Source of the DNA: Lama glama
Taxonomy: Eukaryota
Assembly: GCA_028534125.1 (NCBI GenBank)
Contig: CM052817.1
Coordinates: 61,692,001-61,756,000, forward strand
Direction of reading: 5' to 3'
DNA: 64,000 nucleotides
This document shows, one piece after another, positions 27,336-40,478 of this stretch. The notes beneath the pieces are model-generated. The model was not told the origin of the DNA. It worked only from the letters and a program-made list of their open reading frames with translations, and made no database searches. The position numbers were made by a program, and so were the translations under genes. Position 1 is the first letter of the stretch. Each line of letters opens with the position of its first letter.

Positions 27336-29029
27336 GAGAGAAATACCCCAGATTCTTTTCTCAGATTCCATTTATCTGTCAACTTTTGAATAGGTGAGTT
27401 ACTAGAGGTAGGTTGTTGGAAGTCTTCTAAAAAGTATTAGGTAATACCTAAATCAAAGTTTTGTGTTTTGCTGCATTTCGCCAATGGGATGAGTGTGTTA
27501 TTTCTTAAGGAAATGTGATACAGTGAGCACCAGAGTTCAGTGAGTAATTTTACATTCCGAGTCTCAATTTTTTCATCTGTGGAGTGGGACTGTCGTTTTG
27601 CAAGGTTTTAATGAAGATTGCTGGTGCTTATAACTGTTATTAACGATTATAAGAAAAATTTGTTTTTCTTTACATAATATTGCTAATTTATTTTAGCCGA
27701 AGGAAAATATAATGTGACACGTTTAAAATAAAAATATTCCCCTATATTAATAATGAATACTAATACATCCTCCTTTACAATCTAAGACATACAAAGATTT
27801 AAAAAATGAGAAATAATGAGTCATAATGTCCAAAAACTGAAAAAAATATTTTCACCTTCTGAACGAGGAAACTTTCTAACTCAACATTCTCCTTTGGCTC
27901 TAGACTCTGCACTTCAGTGTTCATGGTCAGCTCCAGGACAGGCGCCCTCTGTCTCCGGTAATGGGCCATTTCAGTCCTTCCTCATGAGGCTTCACCCGAA
28001 TGCCTTTTAAATATTTGAATAATAAGTTTGTGTGAAGTGGACTCTTCACGGTGTTGTGTGTGGGCTTCCTGAGAAGAAATACATCCATGTGTTCTTGGAG
28101 AAAATATGACTTCTCTTTTTTTATTTCACAAATTTGGGAAACACATTTAAGTTCCAAGCTAATATAGTGCAGCTGAGTTGTTCTTACATAAACAGAAATT
28201 GAAATTGGCTTTCTCTAAAGAAATGTTCTTTATTCAGTGCTCAGGAACTGGGTTCACTTGCTGTTCTAAAGCTGGAGTCTCACATGACCTCAGGCAAAAT
28301 TTCTTGGTGCCTTTCCCTTCATTTAAAATGGCCATCTGAGAACCACCAGTAGAAGGCAAAATGTCAGTGGAAGGTATTAATCTGAGGAAAGGTGAAAATG
28401 GTGCAGACAGCCTACTGACGTGTGGCGTAGTCAGAAATGGGTAACAGCATAAAGTGGGCTGAGGGACAGGATTTGAGTCCTGCAGTGAAATGTGCTACTC
28501 AAGGTAAACAATCCATTGTTGTTGTCTTTGGCAGTTCTTGAGAACCTTGTCATGTTAATGTAGTTATTCCAAATTATTGAATTTGGAAATTGTAATGTTG
28601 CTCTCATATTTCACTTAAAAACAGTGCTGCTAACTCCCACCTTGAAAGGGATCACATGTATCTCATACGCAGGGCACGGCTAATATTTTAGTAACCCCAC
28701 AAGAAGGATAGTGAAATGAAATACTGTGAAAACACAACCAACCTGCGTTTTCTTTTCCCAGCTTACTTGCAATGAGATACATAATGTAAAAATAACCCAC
28801 TACCCAGTTCTCTTTACAAATGCACAAATGGTACCCATTGTGTATCAGAGATCACCGTGGGTCTCTGTGACCCTGGCGACACTTCAGGGGTTACATTTTC
28901 AAATGGATCAACTTTTCTTGAACAGTTTCTCCAAAGTATTGGCACAGACCAGCTTTTCTTAAACAGTAAGCATTTATTCCTTTTTCTCCCACCTATTTTT
29001 CCTTATGAAACATAGCTATGAAGTCTTTA

Positions 29030-29113
29030 AGGAAGGAGAGGAAGGGAGGGAAAGCAAGGAAGGGAGGAGAAGGGGGGAAGAGAGAATGAAGAGGGGGAAA
29101 AAGGAAGAAAGGA
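29030..29113. repeat. Polypurine (GGAA/GGGA-like) low-complexity tract
   Basis: About 80 bp almost purely A/G: ggaaggagaggaagggagggaaagcaaggaagggaggagaagggggaag... Confidence 0.9.
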
Positions 29114-29785
29114 GCCTTAATTACCATTTACGTACGAGTTTCCACATAGTATCAGGGCAGTGTTGTCACACCTGATCTTAGTTCACATGTGTCCCTTTTT
29201 TAATTTTAAAGGGTTGGCTCTTTCAGGATTTCCTTTTGAGAATAGTTTATATTGCTTATTGTCCCTGAAAGAACAGCTTAAAAGATATTTATGAAACATA
29301 TTTTCATGTATTTTCCGTGACATACCTTTTGTTCATTTTTCTAATAGGGAGGAGTTGTAGATTTGGCTTTTGGTTATTTTGGAATTATTTGAAGAAAGGA
29401 AATTTCATATTTCTTTCAACTTTCTGACCTTAGGCAATGAATACTGAGAGAGGCTGCTAATTCTTTTTCTTTTTTGCTCTTCCACATTTTAGCATACTTC
29501 TTGATATGGTAAATAAAGTAAATACAGTGAGTCCTTTGATCATTATTGGATTTTTAAAATTAAGTTGATCATGAAACTAATTTCTTCTTGGTTCTCTGAG
29601 GATTAGGTAGAGCAGTTACTCTGCAGGTAACCATGATGCAGAAGAGTAATGTAGAAAATAAAATAGTTAATGCCGATGTCTTAAGTTCTTTAATGTAACT
29701 TTTCATTGGAGAGACTTGGTAGTATCATGTTCAACTATTAATGTAAACAAGTATCACAAAATTCTTTTTTCTCTTGGTTTTACAG

Positions 29786-29898
29786 TTGTATAGCTGGTCC
29801 AAAGTTGAAAATGTGTTTGTTCTTGAAAGAAAAATATCCCTTATTGCTTAGATTGATGGTGCTTCAAGACATGTTTATTCAAAGATGGCAGCAAAGAG
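29786..29898 (+). other. Candidate exon (113 nt), unverified
   Basis: Pyrimidine-rich acceptor ttctttttttctcttggttttacag| and donor gag|gtgaat in apparently non-repetitive sequence. Confidence 0.3.
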
Positions 29899-31779
29899 GT
29901 GAATAGGCTAAATGCCCCACATTAGGGATCACTGTGTCATATACAACAGATGCAGCCAGTGGACTGTTTATGTAGCTGCCTTCAATTTTTCTTTGATTTA
30001 TAATCTATGGGAAAATTGAAATGTTTTGTCTACTTTTTTGAAAACAAAAATAGGGACATTTTATACAAAAATCTGTTAATTCTAAAATTCAGTTCTTGAA
30101 GAAGGCTTAGCCTGCTGTTCTTCAGCTCTCACGTTAATTAAACATTCAGGTTCTTTCAAGAGATACTCCATCAGGCAGTTAGATCAAGGAAAATTATCTT
30201 TGATTTTGGTGTCTTAGAGGCAGCTTATAGGTATATACATATAATTGGCTAAACTTGAACATATAGCACTTAAGAGGAATCGTGTTCCACTGGTGTTTTT
30301 GAGGTGTGTGACGTTTGTTTGCTTTGTAGAAGGCTATCAAAAATATGCCCTATATGACACTTGAGTTTTAAATAAAACAATCAGAATATTTTCTCAACTG
30401 CTACGTTTCTTTTGTGTCTAGTTACTGGAAATTATTGTATGAACATTCTAAAATAGGCAAAACTGATTGCACTATATACTTTATTTAATGCTAAAATGTG
30501 ACAGAAACATACCAGTCATTACCAAAAACAGGAAATCAACCTATCTCTGTTTATCTGTAGGGTTTCTCAAGAGAGCTTTTGATTGGCATTTGAGTAAAAG
30601 TCTCTCGGTGACATAAATATATATCTCAGTGTTTTGTGTGACCACTCACCAGTATGACTTTCCAGGTGTAACTAGCATTCTTTCAGCAAGAATAGCAGTA
30701 AAGACTTTCTACTTCCAGAAGTTTATTTTTTATTTAATGATATAGTCCTGGTTAAAAGCTCTTTGGGGGCTTGCAAGACAAACAAAAAAACACTGTCATG
30801 AATACTAAAAGGATAAAAATGTGTAGTGTCTTTCTTTAGAGGTTTGAAAAAATGTTTATCCTCTTATTGTTGTTAAGATTGATGTAACTTCTCAAATTAG
30901 TGATACATGCATGTCTGCATAGCCCATGAGTGGAGTATTTTTGACAGTTAAATCTGGGCTTGATGATCAGAACAGCTGTTTCAGTATAGAAAAAGAAAAG
31001 TTTGAGAATAGTTTTATAAGTTGACATTTGATATTTGGTCTTACGTAATTGATCTTCTGATGCTCTGAGTTTGCTATATCTAAATCTGAAAGTTGAAAAT
31101 TAGCTCTAATTTGAGCATGATCTTTTTTTGTACCCATTAATTATGGTTATCATTTCCTTGATTGTTTTCTGATGTTAGCAACTTATCAAAGTTTAAAACT
31201 ACTAAAAAATAATAAAGTTCTCTAGAATATATTTACAACTGTAAAATCCTATGAATTCTACAATCTAAATGAGAATGTAAACATTTTAAAAAAACGTAAG
31301 TATGATTATAATACCTTTTTTTGCATATTTTGGGTGACATTTAGTCTCCAGAGTTTTGCAGGAGTTATTTTTTCATTTGTCTCAATTAATGAAACTAAAG
31401 CAAATGTTTGCTGAAAACTGTTGGCTTTCAGAATAGTAGAATATGTTATAAAATGATTAAGTGCCAAAACCAAGACCCTGTTGTATGGAGAGGCTTGGAC
31501 CGAGAAATTAATATAAACTGTATCCTGACTCAAAAATAAGTGAAAAGAAGAGATGATACTGATTTGAAAGATTGGGTGTCTCTTGCATATATATATTTAT
31601 TAAGTTATATACAGTAGGCAATATTGATACAATTCTATTTTATTTATACCTTGGCTTACTCATGAATGTGAAAGGGTTATGGGGAAACCTGAGATATTTA
31701 CTTGCTTTCTGATAAGAAGAGCTGCCCCCTCCCCATGGCTAACCCTGGCTCTGCTGCTGCAGCACCATCGTAGAGATGG

Positions 31780-31960
31780 GGATTTAGCGCCCAGACTGAA
31801 ATGACATGACGTGGCTTTTGTCCCAGCTCTTCCTGCTTATGTAGGATGGCTTTGAGTAGACTCCAAAACTTCCTGTGCTCCCAGTGTAAATACTTATTCC
31901 TGCGTGACTCATAGAGGTTGAGTTGTTGTAGATGATGCGACACATTTGAAGGCATTTGGG
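31780..31960 (+). mobile_element. MIR SINE, decayed
   Basis: gtcccagctcttcctgcttatgtaggatggctttgagtag...cttcctgtgctcccagt...catagaggttg...agatgatgc. Confidence 0.55.
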
Positions 31961-32059
31961 AGTTTTGTCTGGTAAGATATTATTCTGTCTTCTCATCACC
32001 CAGAAAACTGGAGCATTTGTGTTTTTTACCTACCCCTTTACAGCACCTCTTGCTCTCAG

Positions 32060-32520
32060 AGTCTGGTGTGCTTTTAGAAAAACTTAAAAACATTAAAAGA
32101 GGAAAAAGTTAGCTGTAATCCTGTGTATTTCTTTCTGGTCTTTTTTTTTTTTCTTCTATGCATGCAGAATAACAATTAAAAGCAATAGTGTATATACTCT
32201 TTTGCATGTTGCTGTTTATATGTATATTTTAAGTTTTTTTCCCAAATTCTTTTTAAACATTATTTTTGATGGATATATAAGATGTTCAGCTAGGACGGAC
32301 TGTAGTTTACTTAACTCTCATTTTGAGTGTTTAGATTGTTCCTAGTTTTTAATATTATAGCTGTATGCTGTAGGAGCATCTTAGTCTATACAATTTGATC
32401 TGATTTTGGCATGCTTTCTTAATATTGATTCTTAGCAATGGAATTACTGAATCAAGGGGCAGAAGTACTTTTATGATCTGATAATGACTCAAAAATCATT
32501 TTCTGGAAGGTTTTAAATGC
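32060..32520 (-). mobile_element. Old L1 (L1ME4-type) fragment
   Basis: tgtagtttacttaac...tttagattgttcctagttttt...gattcttagcaatggaattactgaatcaaggg. Confidence 0.65.
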
Positions 32521-32728
32521 AGTTTGAATCTTCCCCCTGGACTAGGCATGTATTCTCTTCATTCTCCACTCTTCATTTTTCTAGGCCTAATTCTTTCAAA
32601 AACCCTTTCCACATTCCCCCAACACACTTGAAGAAGATCTCTCATTTTCCCAAGTGGTTGAGGACCCATCACCCCCAATTTCATTTATTTTGAAGATTCT
32701 ATTATCTTGAGGTAATAGCAGTTCTGAT

Positions 32729-33007
32729 TGCATTAGTTTCAAGGGCTGCTGTAATGAAGTACCACATCTTAGTGGCTTAAAACAACATAAATTTATTCTC
32801 TCACAGTTGATGAGGCCAAAGCCAGTTTCACTAAGGCTAAGTCAACATTTCAGCGGGTCCATACTCCCTCTAAAGGCTCTAGGGGAGAATCCATTCTTTG
32901 TCTCTTCCAGCATTTGGTGGCTGCTGGCATTCTTTGACTTGTGGCCACATCACTCCAGTCTGTCTCTGTGGTCACAACTTTTTGTGTGTGTAAACTTGCT
33001 CTCACTC
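32729..33007 (-). mobile_element. MLT1C/D MaLR LTR, truncated by the adjacent L1 insertion
   Basis: tgcattagtttc.agggctgctgtaa...ggcttaaaacaacataaatttattctctcacagtt...ggctctaggggagaatcc...tggccacatcactccagtc. Confidence 0.9.
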
Positions 33008-33683
33008 TTTTTATTTTAATTTTTTAACATTTTTATTGAGTTATAGTCATTTTACATGTTGTGTCAAATTCTGGTGTAGAGCACAATTTTTCAGTTATAC
33101 ATGAACATACATATATATTCACTGTCACATCTTTTTTCACTGTGAGCTACCATAAGATCTTGTATATATTTCCCTGTGCTATACAGTATAATCTTGTTTA
33201 TCTATTCTACATTTTGAAATCCCAGTCTGTCCGTTCCCACCCCGTACCCCCTTGGCAACCACAAGTTTGTATTCTGTGAGTCTGTTTCTGTTTTGTATTT
33301 ATGTTCTTTTTTTTTTTTTTTTTTTAGATTCCACATATGAGTGATCTCATATGGTGTTTTTCTTTCTCTTTCTGTCTTACTTCACTTAGAATGAGATTCT
33401 CTAGGAACATCCATGTTGCTGCAAATGACGTTATATAGTCGGTTTTTATGGCTGAATAGTATTCCATTGTGTAAATATACCACCTCTTCCTTATCCAGTC
33501 ATCTGTTGATGGACATTTAGGCTGTTTCCATATCTTGGCTATTGTAAATAGTGCTTCTATGAACATTGGGGTGCAGGTGTCATTTTGAAGTAGGGTTCCT
33601 TCTGGATATATGCCCAGGAGTGGGATTCCTGGGTCATGTGGTAAGTCTATTCCTAGTCTTTTGAAGAATCTCCATACTGTTTT
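33008..33683 (-). mobile_element. Young lineage-specific L1 3' end (3'UTR plus ORF2 C-terminus) running into the gap
   Basis: Minus-strand frame open from the gap edge to the stop at 33324-33326: KTVWRFFKRLGIDLPHDPGIPLLGIYPEG...CTPMFIEALFTIAKIWKQPKCPSTDDWI...EYYSAIK..., the typical L1 ORF2p C-terminus; T-rich tail at ~33008-33035. Confidence 0.95.
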
Positions 33684-34183
33684 NNNNNNNNNNNNNNNNN
33701 NNNNNNNNNNNNNNNNNNNNNNNNNNNNNNNNNNNNNNNNNNNNNNNNNNNNNNNNNNNNNNNNNNNNNNNNNNNNNNNNNNNNNNNNNNNNNNNNNNNN
33801 NNNNNNNNNNNNNNNNNNNNNNNNNNNNNNNNNNNNNNNNNNNNNNNNNNNNNNNNNNNNNNNNNNNNNNNNNNNNNNNNNNNNNNNNNNNNNNNNNNNN
33901 NNNNNNNNNNNNNNNNNNNNNNNNNNNNNNNNNNNNNNNNNNNNNNNNNNNNNNNNNNNNNNNNNNNNNNNNNNNNNNNNNNNNNNNNNNNNNNNNNNNN
34001 NNNNNNNNNNNNNNNNNNNNNNNNNNNNNNNNNNNNNNNNNNNNNNNNNNNNNNNNNNNNNNNNNNNNNNNNNNNNNNNNNNNNNNNNNNNNNNNNNNNN
34101 NNNNNNNNNNNNNNNNNNNNNNNNNNNNNNNNNNNNNNNNNNNNNNNNNNNNNNNNNNNNNNNNNNNNNNNNNNNNNNNNNNN
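33684..34183. other. Assembly gap (500 N)
   Basis: Run of exactly 500 N. Confidence 1.
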
Positions 34184-34324
34184 TACTACAATCATAGCAT
34201 TTTCAATCTCCGTTCTGCTCCAGTGCATCTATGTAATGCACTCCCATTAGTAATGGTGACTCACCAAGGTGATAACTTTCAATCTTAGGCAGTGGTTTGG
34301 GGTATAACCACTTAGAGGCATGTA

Positions 34325-34700
34325 CTTGCTAAGGTTAATATAGTCCTTGTAACAGATAAATCTCCAGATACAAATGGATTAACACTCTAGGGATTTATTT
34401 CCCTCCTAAGTACAGAGTAAGAATTTTTGACTGCTAACTAGGTGTGTGGTGGCTGCAGATTAGGTGGAAGGCAAGTGGGCTTGGCTCCATATAGTTGTTC
34501 AGGAATCTGGCTAGTAGATGTTTCACTGTCTTTAGCAGTTTCCAAAAGTTCCCATCCAAGTGCCATAGGGCAGAAGAGAGAATGTGGAGAAGGCCCATAA
34601 GCTTTCTTTCTGCCTGAGCCCTGAAGTGGCATATATAACCTGCCACTGGGAGCCTGGTTTGATGTGAGTCTAGACATGTGTTAGTTGAGGGGTGACTGGT
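34325..34700 (-). mobile_element. Old MaLR LTR fragment (MLT1H/I/J group)
   Basis: tgtaacagataaatctcca...atggattaacac...atttatttccctc...ctccatatagttgttcaggaatctggct...gccctgaagtggcatatata. Confidence 0.65.
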
Positions 34701-35783
34701 TTACTCTGCCCTTTTGATTAACGTATAGGTATTTACCACTGAAGCCCACGATCCCAGTTATTTATTTTTAGTTTTGGAGACCTCAAATAATGCAACCCTT
34801 TATTGTGATCCTAGGCCTCTGCCAGCCCACCAGCCCTCTCAGTGAGCTTTTTCTCTCAGTGGGACTTGTAGGATGTTCTGAATCCTTTGCAAGCCACGCC
34901 CAAACCATGAATACCCAGAGCATGCTTTCAGTATACCGGTCACCACCTTCTTCCAAGCTGTATTAATACTCCTGTGTCATGTAATATACAGAGTTGAACT
35001 GATGGTTGGTCTTCCCCTAGGGCAATTGCTTTCACAGTGTTTTGCTATGAACTATAGTAAACACATTTAAAACTATAGTCTAGCATGGAAACAAGAGGTT
35101 CACAAACCAATATTTATCGTTGCTACTTGAGATACATCTTAACATTTATGTTATTCTAAAACATTTGGAAAATGCTATTTATGACCTGGTGAGTTGATTT
35201 GTGACCTAGTACGAAGTCTTCACTCAAAGTTGAATCAACGTTGTTTTAGAGGCCTGCAGCCTTCCTGTGGTGATGCCTGGGATATGGGCCTCCAGGTGAG
35301 ATGTTCTTTGGGTGCCTTGTATCTAATTGGATGTTTATAAGAGACACTTCTTTCCCATCGTGCCCTCTCCCTTCCCCACCCACCATTCTTCCCCAATCAG
35401 AGGTTCAGTCCAGACAGTCTGGTTTTGTGATGTCACTTAAATTTGATCTCCTTATTCTCCATCTGCCCTTCCTTCCCAGTACATGATTAGGATCGTGCTA
35501 TTATATGAGGATATACTTTGAGTCATGTTTCCCTATTTGAAAAAAATTGGTGAATAAAAGTGGGGACAATGCTGTTATTTTGCTATCATATTCTTTAGTC
35601 TGTTCTTCAAAAGAAATAGTCTTTCAGTCATATGTGACTGTTAATAATCTTTCAACTCTATATTGGATTGCTGTGCCACTAGTAGAAAAAGTGTATCCTT
35701 GTAAGTTTTCACTGTTTTGGGGTTTAGAATTTCCGGGAGATTTTTCAAACTCAATTTTACATGAGGTTTAAAAACAGATGTGG

Positions 35784-36181
35784 CAGATTTATTTATCTTA
35801 AAACCGAAAGTTTGTACCTTTGACCACCATCATGCATTTCCTCCACCCTCTTTTATGACGACCACCAGTCTATTCTCTGTGTGTAAGCAAGAGTTTGGTT
35901 TTTAAGTCCTGGGAATGTAATGAGCAGTAGGGTGACTAGGATTAACAATATGGTATCGTATATTTGATAGTTAATAATGGAGTAGATCTTAAAAGTTCTC
36001 ATGACAAGAAAAAGAAAGCTTGTAACTATATGTGTCATTGGATGTTAACTAATAAACTTAATTCTGGTAGTCATTTTACAATATATACATCTATCAAATC
36101 ATTATGCTGTACATCTAAAGCTAATACAGTGTTATATGTCTTAATTATACTTCAGTAATAAAAAGAATTACAAAGCAAAAC
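35784..36181 (+). mobile_element. Short 5'-inverted L1 (L1MA9/L1_Art-like 3'UTR) with target-site duplication
   Basis: Antisense segment ~35787-35903, sense segment 35904-36160, A-rich tail; TSD aaaaacagatgtgg (35770-35783) / aaaatcaggtgtgg (36182-36195). Confidence 0.88.
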
Positions 36182-38599
36182 AAAATCAGGTGTGGTGGGT
36201 ACATTGAAAAAGGAAAAGGGATGTTAATTCTGTTTTGTATTAGTTGAAAGGCATTCGGACAAATTCTTCTAAATGTAGTAACAAACAAAAGCACCTTCCC
36301 AATATGTAAGCAAACTCTTCTTTCTAAAGAGCAGTTATTTCAACTTTTTATAAATGTAAAATATTGCCCAGAATTTTGAAGGTTTTTTTTTTATAGCTTT
36401 TTGATTGTTTTTATTGAAATGCTTGTTGTCTCTTGTTAAATGACTGCATTAATTATACAGCTTTGGGCCAGCTTCTCAACCTTTTCCAGAAGAAGCCCCC
36501 GGTTTCCATTAAAGAGTTTTATGGGGGCTCCCCACACGTCAGATTTCACACAGCCAGCTACACTGGCTTTTTATAAAGGTCTTTGAATGCAATGCCAAGG
36601 CCTCCCACTAATTGTTTTATGGGCTCAATGTGGGATCTGCATCCCTGACTGAGGAAGCCCCGTGTTAAAAGACTGTGGGAGTAAGGAGCTGTCAAACATA
36701 CCCAGAAAGAGCAGTAAAAAAAAAAAAAAAAATCCTGGTTAGCTGTACTGTTGTTGCCAAGGAGTGTAAGCAGAGCACAAAACATGCCAAATGCTGACTG
36801 ATTTTAAACAGTCACCCCTATTTCAGAGAATACTCACTTCATTACATTTTTTGGGACAAAAATCAAATCACAAATAGCTCCATAATTTGAGTGCTCATTT
36901 GAAAGTTTGGCACTGTCTTTCCAAGGAGTGAAAAAAAATACAGCTAACTAAATATTTTTATGTGTTCTGTTAACTCATCATGGTTATCTGCGAACATTTA
37001 GTCTCGGAATAATGTGTTCAGAGTTCTTTGCTTCATTATCTTATTTCCTCTGAAAAGGTTAAGGAAGTGTTTTTACCCCCTATGAACCACTAAATTGCAT
37101 GTATCTACACGAAAAGTAAATTCTAAACTTTAAAGAAGTAGTGGCAGAATTGAAACTTTTACCTCCTCGCCAGGCCCCGATACTGAGTCTTGTCAGTCTC
37201 CAGCAGTCTTCTTGGGATTCTGAACTTGCTTTTCCTCTAGACACTGAAACAGAACATTTTTGAGGTACAGTATGAACTTAGAGGATGTTTTTAGCTTGGT
37301 TAATGTTGACCTGTGAACAGAAATAATTGAGTCTCACTTCAATAAGGCCTAGAGTAGAAATAGTGTATTCTGGAGGAAGGAAAGTGCAACCTGTGCCCTT
37401 GCAGGTTAATGGCATTAAAACTAATGACATACTGAGATTTTTGTGAAGTTCCAAATATCTTTTTGGGAAACTTGAAGGAGAAAAGTGAGTAGAGTCCTTT
37501 GTAATCGAAATACGCGCATTAAAAAATGATTCTCGTACTTTAAATAATCTTGAATTAGCAATTCTTTATGAAAAAATTATTCTCCTTTTCTTATCATGTT
37601 TCTTATGTGTGACATGTGGCTACTACTTGTATATGGTGGGTGTGTGTGATATTTATATACTATTCTGTTTACTATTAATAATACAGTAGGAATGTGTAAT
37701 GTATAGAGCAAACCACAAGTAAAACATTGTATTAAGTATGAAATGAGTTTGATTTTGCTAACTACAAAAGGTAATTTCAATTTTCTGTTAATAGTCTTTT
37801 GTCCATACAACTATATTTTTCCCTTGAAAGCTGGACAAAATCCAAAGCAGAGAAGAACCCTTGATGGTAATTTCTTCATCACTATGACTCTAAGAAATTC
37901 TTCTCTCAGTTATATATTATAGTTATCTTTTATGTAAAATAACTTTAGTTGGCCTGCTATTATTTACTGTATGAAAAATTACCCTTAATGCCAGGTTTCA
38001 CCTCTGGATGGCCCCTTGCTATATCATTATTGTGAATAAGAATCAACTTAGTAGTGTGATCCATAAAACCAACCATGCTTCTGTCTATTAAAGATAAATG
38101 TATCTTTTACAACTTCTTCTATGAGCTTAAATGTGTCATTTGTAATTCAAACTCCAAGTTATGAAATCTTTTCATCATTGCCAACATTTTTTCTGTAGAT
38201 CGTACTAAATTTTTCCCTTCATTTTGAATTCCGAGGGACCAGATTATAGGGTGCTCACCACTGCGTCTGTGTTGCCATTCGATTCCTCCATCCCACTGGA
38301 ACTTCCATCAAAAGTGCTATTTCATTGACTCATGTTCCATTGTGTGTCTGTAAAATGCTTACAGCCATGCAGAATCTCCGTCTGTGTAACTAACCAGTCT
38401 TTAGCCAGCTTGCTTCTCTTCATCAGACATTTTGTTTTATCATTGTTTTATTGAATGTCCTTCTGTGTATTTTTGAGGTACATGATGGTAAAGTTTGACA
38501 AAGAAAAAGAAACTGCCACTTCATTAATAGAATTCATAATAGTGTTCTGAGTTGTTTTCAATTAGTATATTACAAGTTAACATATATTTACTACTTTCT

Positions 38600-38764
38600 C
38601 AATTTCAAATGCACTTCATATATATATTTATCTCTTCTAATCCTGTAGAGGTAGCATTGTTATTCCTATTTGCAGATGAGAAAATTAAATCTTACGGAAG
38701 TTAAAAAACTCCCATAGTCACATAGCAAGTAAGCAGAGTTGGGTTATGAATGCAACAGGCTATG
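38600..38764 (-). mobile_element. MIR SINE interrupted by a Tigger MITE
   Basis: ttattcctatttgcagatgagaaaatt...catagtcacatagcaagtaagcagagttggg. Confidence 0.8.
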
Positions 38765-38766
38765 TA

Positions 38767-38978
38767 CAGTCATTCTTCAGTACCCAGGGGGAGGGAGGGT
38801 TGGTACCAGGACTCATCACAGGTACCAAAATCCACTGGTGCTCAGGCCTCATGGTTGGCCCTCTGTATCTGTGGATAAGGAACCGTAGACAGGGAGGGCT
38901 GACTGTATAGTTACTGGAAGAAATCCATGTATAAGTGGACCCTTGCAATTCAGACCCATGTTGTCCAAAGGTCAACTG
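38767..38978. mobile_element. Tigger2/MER8-type MITE (TcMar-Tigger)
   Basis: TA at 38765-66 and 38979-80; ends CAGTCATTCTTCAGTA and AAAGGTCAACTG; internal ccaggac...taccaaaatccactggtgctca and aaatccatgtataagtggaccc. Confidence 0.88.
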
Positions 38979-39124
38979 TACTCTGAAATTGTATGTTTAT
39001 GAAAGGAAGTATTGAAACTGAAGGGATTGTTTAGATTTTTTTCTGTGGTGATTGTTGTCCGGTTTACAGAGACTGCTTTTGGGTTACTTTTACTAATAAA
39101 TATGTACAATAATTGTTGAATGAA

Positions 39125-39222
39125 TTCCAGAGACCTGGGTTCAAGTTCTGGCCTTTAAATTGGATACTGATAAATGATTGAACCTTCTTGGACTTAAGTT
39201 TCTCAGATAAAAAAATAATGTA
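39125..39222 (+). mobile_element. MIR fragment, abutting an L1 insertion
   Basis: ccagagacctgggttcaagttctggc...aaccttcttggacttaagtttctca. Confidence 0.65.
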
Positions 39223-39224
39223 TT

Positions 39225-40478
39225 TAGGTGTTGGAAAAACTGGACATCCATGTGCAAGAGAATGAAATTGGACTGTTATCTTACACCAGATACAAAAATT
39301 AGCTCAAAATGTGTTAAGGACTTAAACATAACACTGAAGCTGTACAGCTCCTAGAAGAAAATGTAGGGGAAAAGCTTCATATCATTAATCTTGGTAATGA
39401 TTTCATGGAAATGACTCAAAAAGCATGGGCAGCGAAAACAAACAAGTGGGACTACTACTACTGCACAACAAAGGAAATGACAACAGCATAAAAGGGCAGA
39501 CTGCAGAATGGGAGAAAATATTTGCAAACCGTTTGTCTAACAACAGTTCATCTCCAAAAGAAACATGTAAGAAACTCCTATAATTCAATAGCAAAAAAAC
39601 TAATAGCCTGCTTAAAAGTGGGTTTTGAATCTGAATAGGCATTTATCCAAAGAAGACAAACAAATGGCCAACAGGTATATAAAAAATGTTCAATGTCACT
39701 AGTCATTGTGGAAAAGCAAATCAAAACCACAGCGAGATAATCACCTCATACCTGTCAGGATGGTGATTATTTAAAAACAAAAAAAGTGTTGATAAGGATG
39801 TGGAGAAACTGGAACCCATGCACAGCTGGGGGGAATGCAAAATGGGAGCTGCTATGGAAAATAATAAAGAGGCTTCTTAAAAATTTAAAATAGAACTACC
39901 ATGTGATCCAGCCACTCTAAGTCAGGATATTTATCCAAATAATTGATACCAGGATCTCTAAAAGATATTAGCACTTCCATGTTGATTGCAGAACTAGTCA
40001 TAATAGCCAAAATGGAAAAAACCTAAATGTCCACTGACAGGTGGATAAATAAAGAAAATATGGTGCATGCACACTGGAATACTATTTAGCCTTAAAAAGA
40101 AGGAAATTTTGCAATATGTGACAAAATAGATGAACCTTGAGGACATTATGCTGATTGAAATAATCCAGTGTGGGAAAGACAAATTGCATGATACCCTTTA
40201 CATGGGACATCTAAAATAGTAAAATTCATAGACTCAAAGAGTAGAATGGTGGTTGCCAGGGGCTGGGGAGAGGGCGAAGTGGGGAGTTACTGATCAGCAG
40301 GCATGGGTTTCAGTGATACAGGATGAACCAGCTCTAGTGGTCTGCTGTACAGCATTGTGCCTTGAGTCAACGATACTGTATTTCACACTTAACAAGAGAT
40401 CTACCCACTTAACACATTTTAAGTGTTCTTACCACAATAAAATAACATTAAAATTTTTTAATATGAAAAAGGAAAAAT
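39225..40478 (+). mobile_element. 5'-truncated L1 (L1MA10/L1MB-like), end of ORF2 plus 3'UTR
   Basis: tgttggaaaaactggacatccatgtgcaagagaatgaaattggac; gaatgggagaaaatatttgcaaacc; aacctaaatgtccactgacagg; 3' end ttaagtgttcttaccacaataaaa plus A-rich tail. Confidence 0.93.

Noticed and set aside
33610..34228. Long ORFs of 191-195 aa
   Set aside because: Artefacts of translating through the N gap
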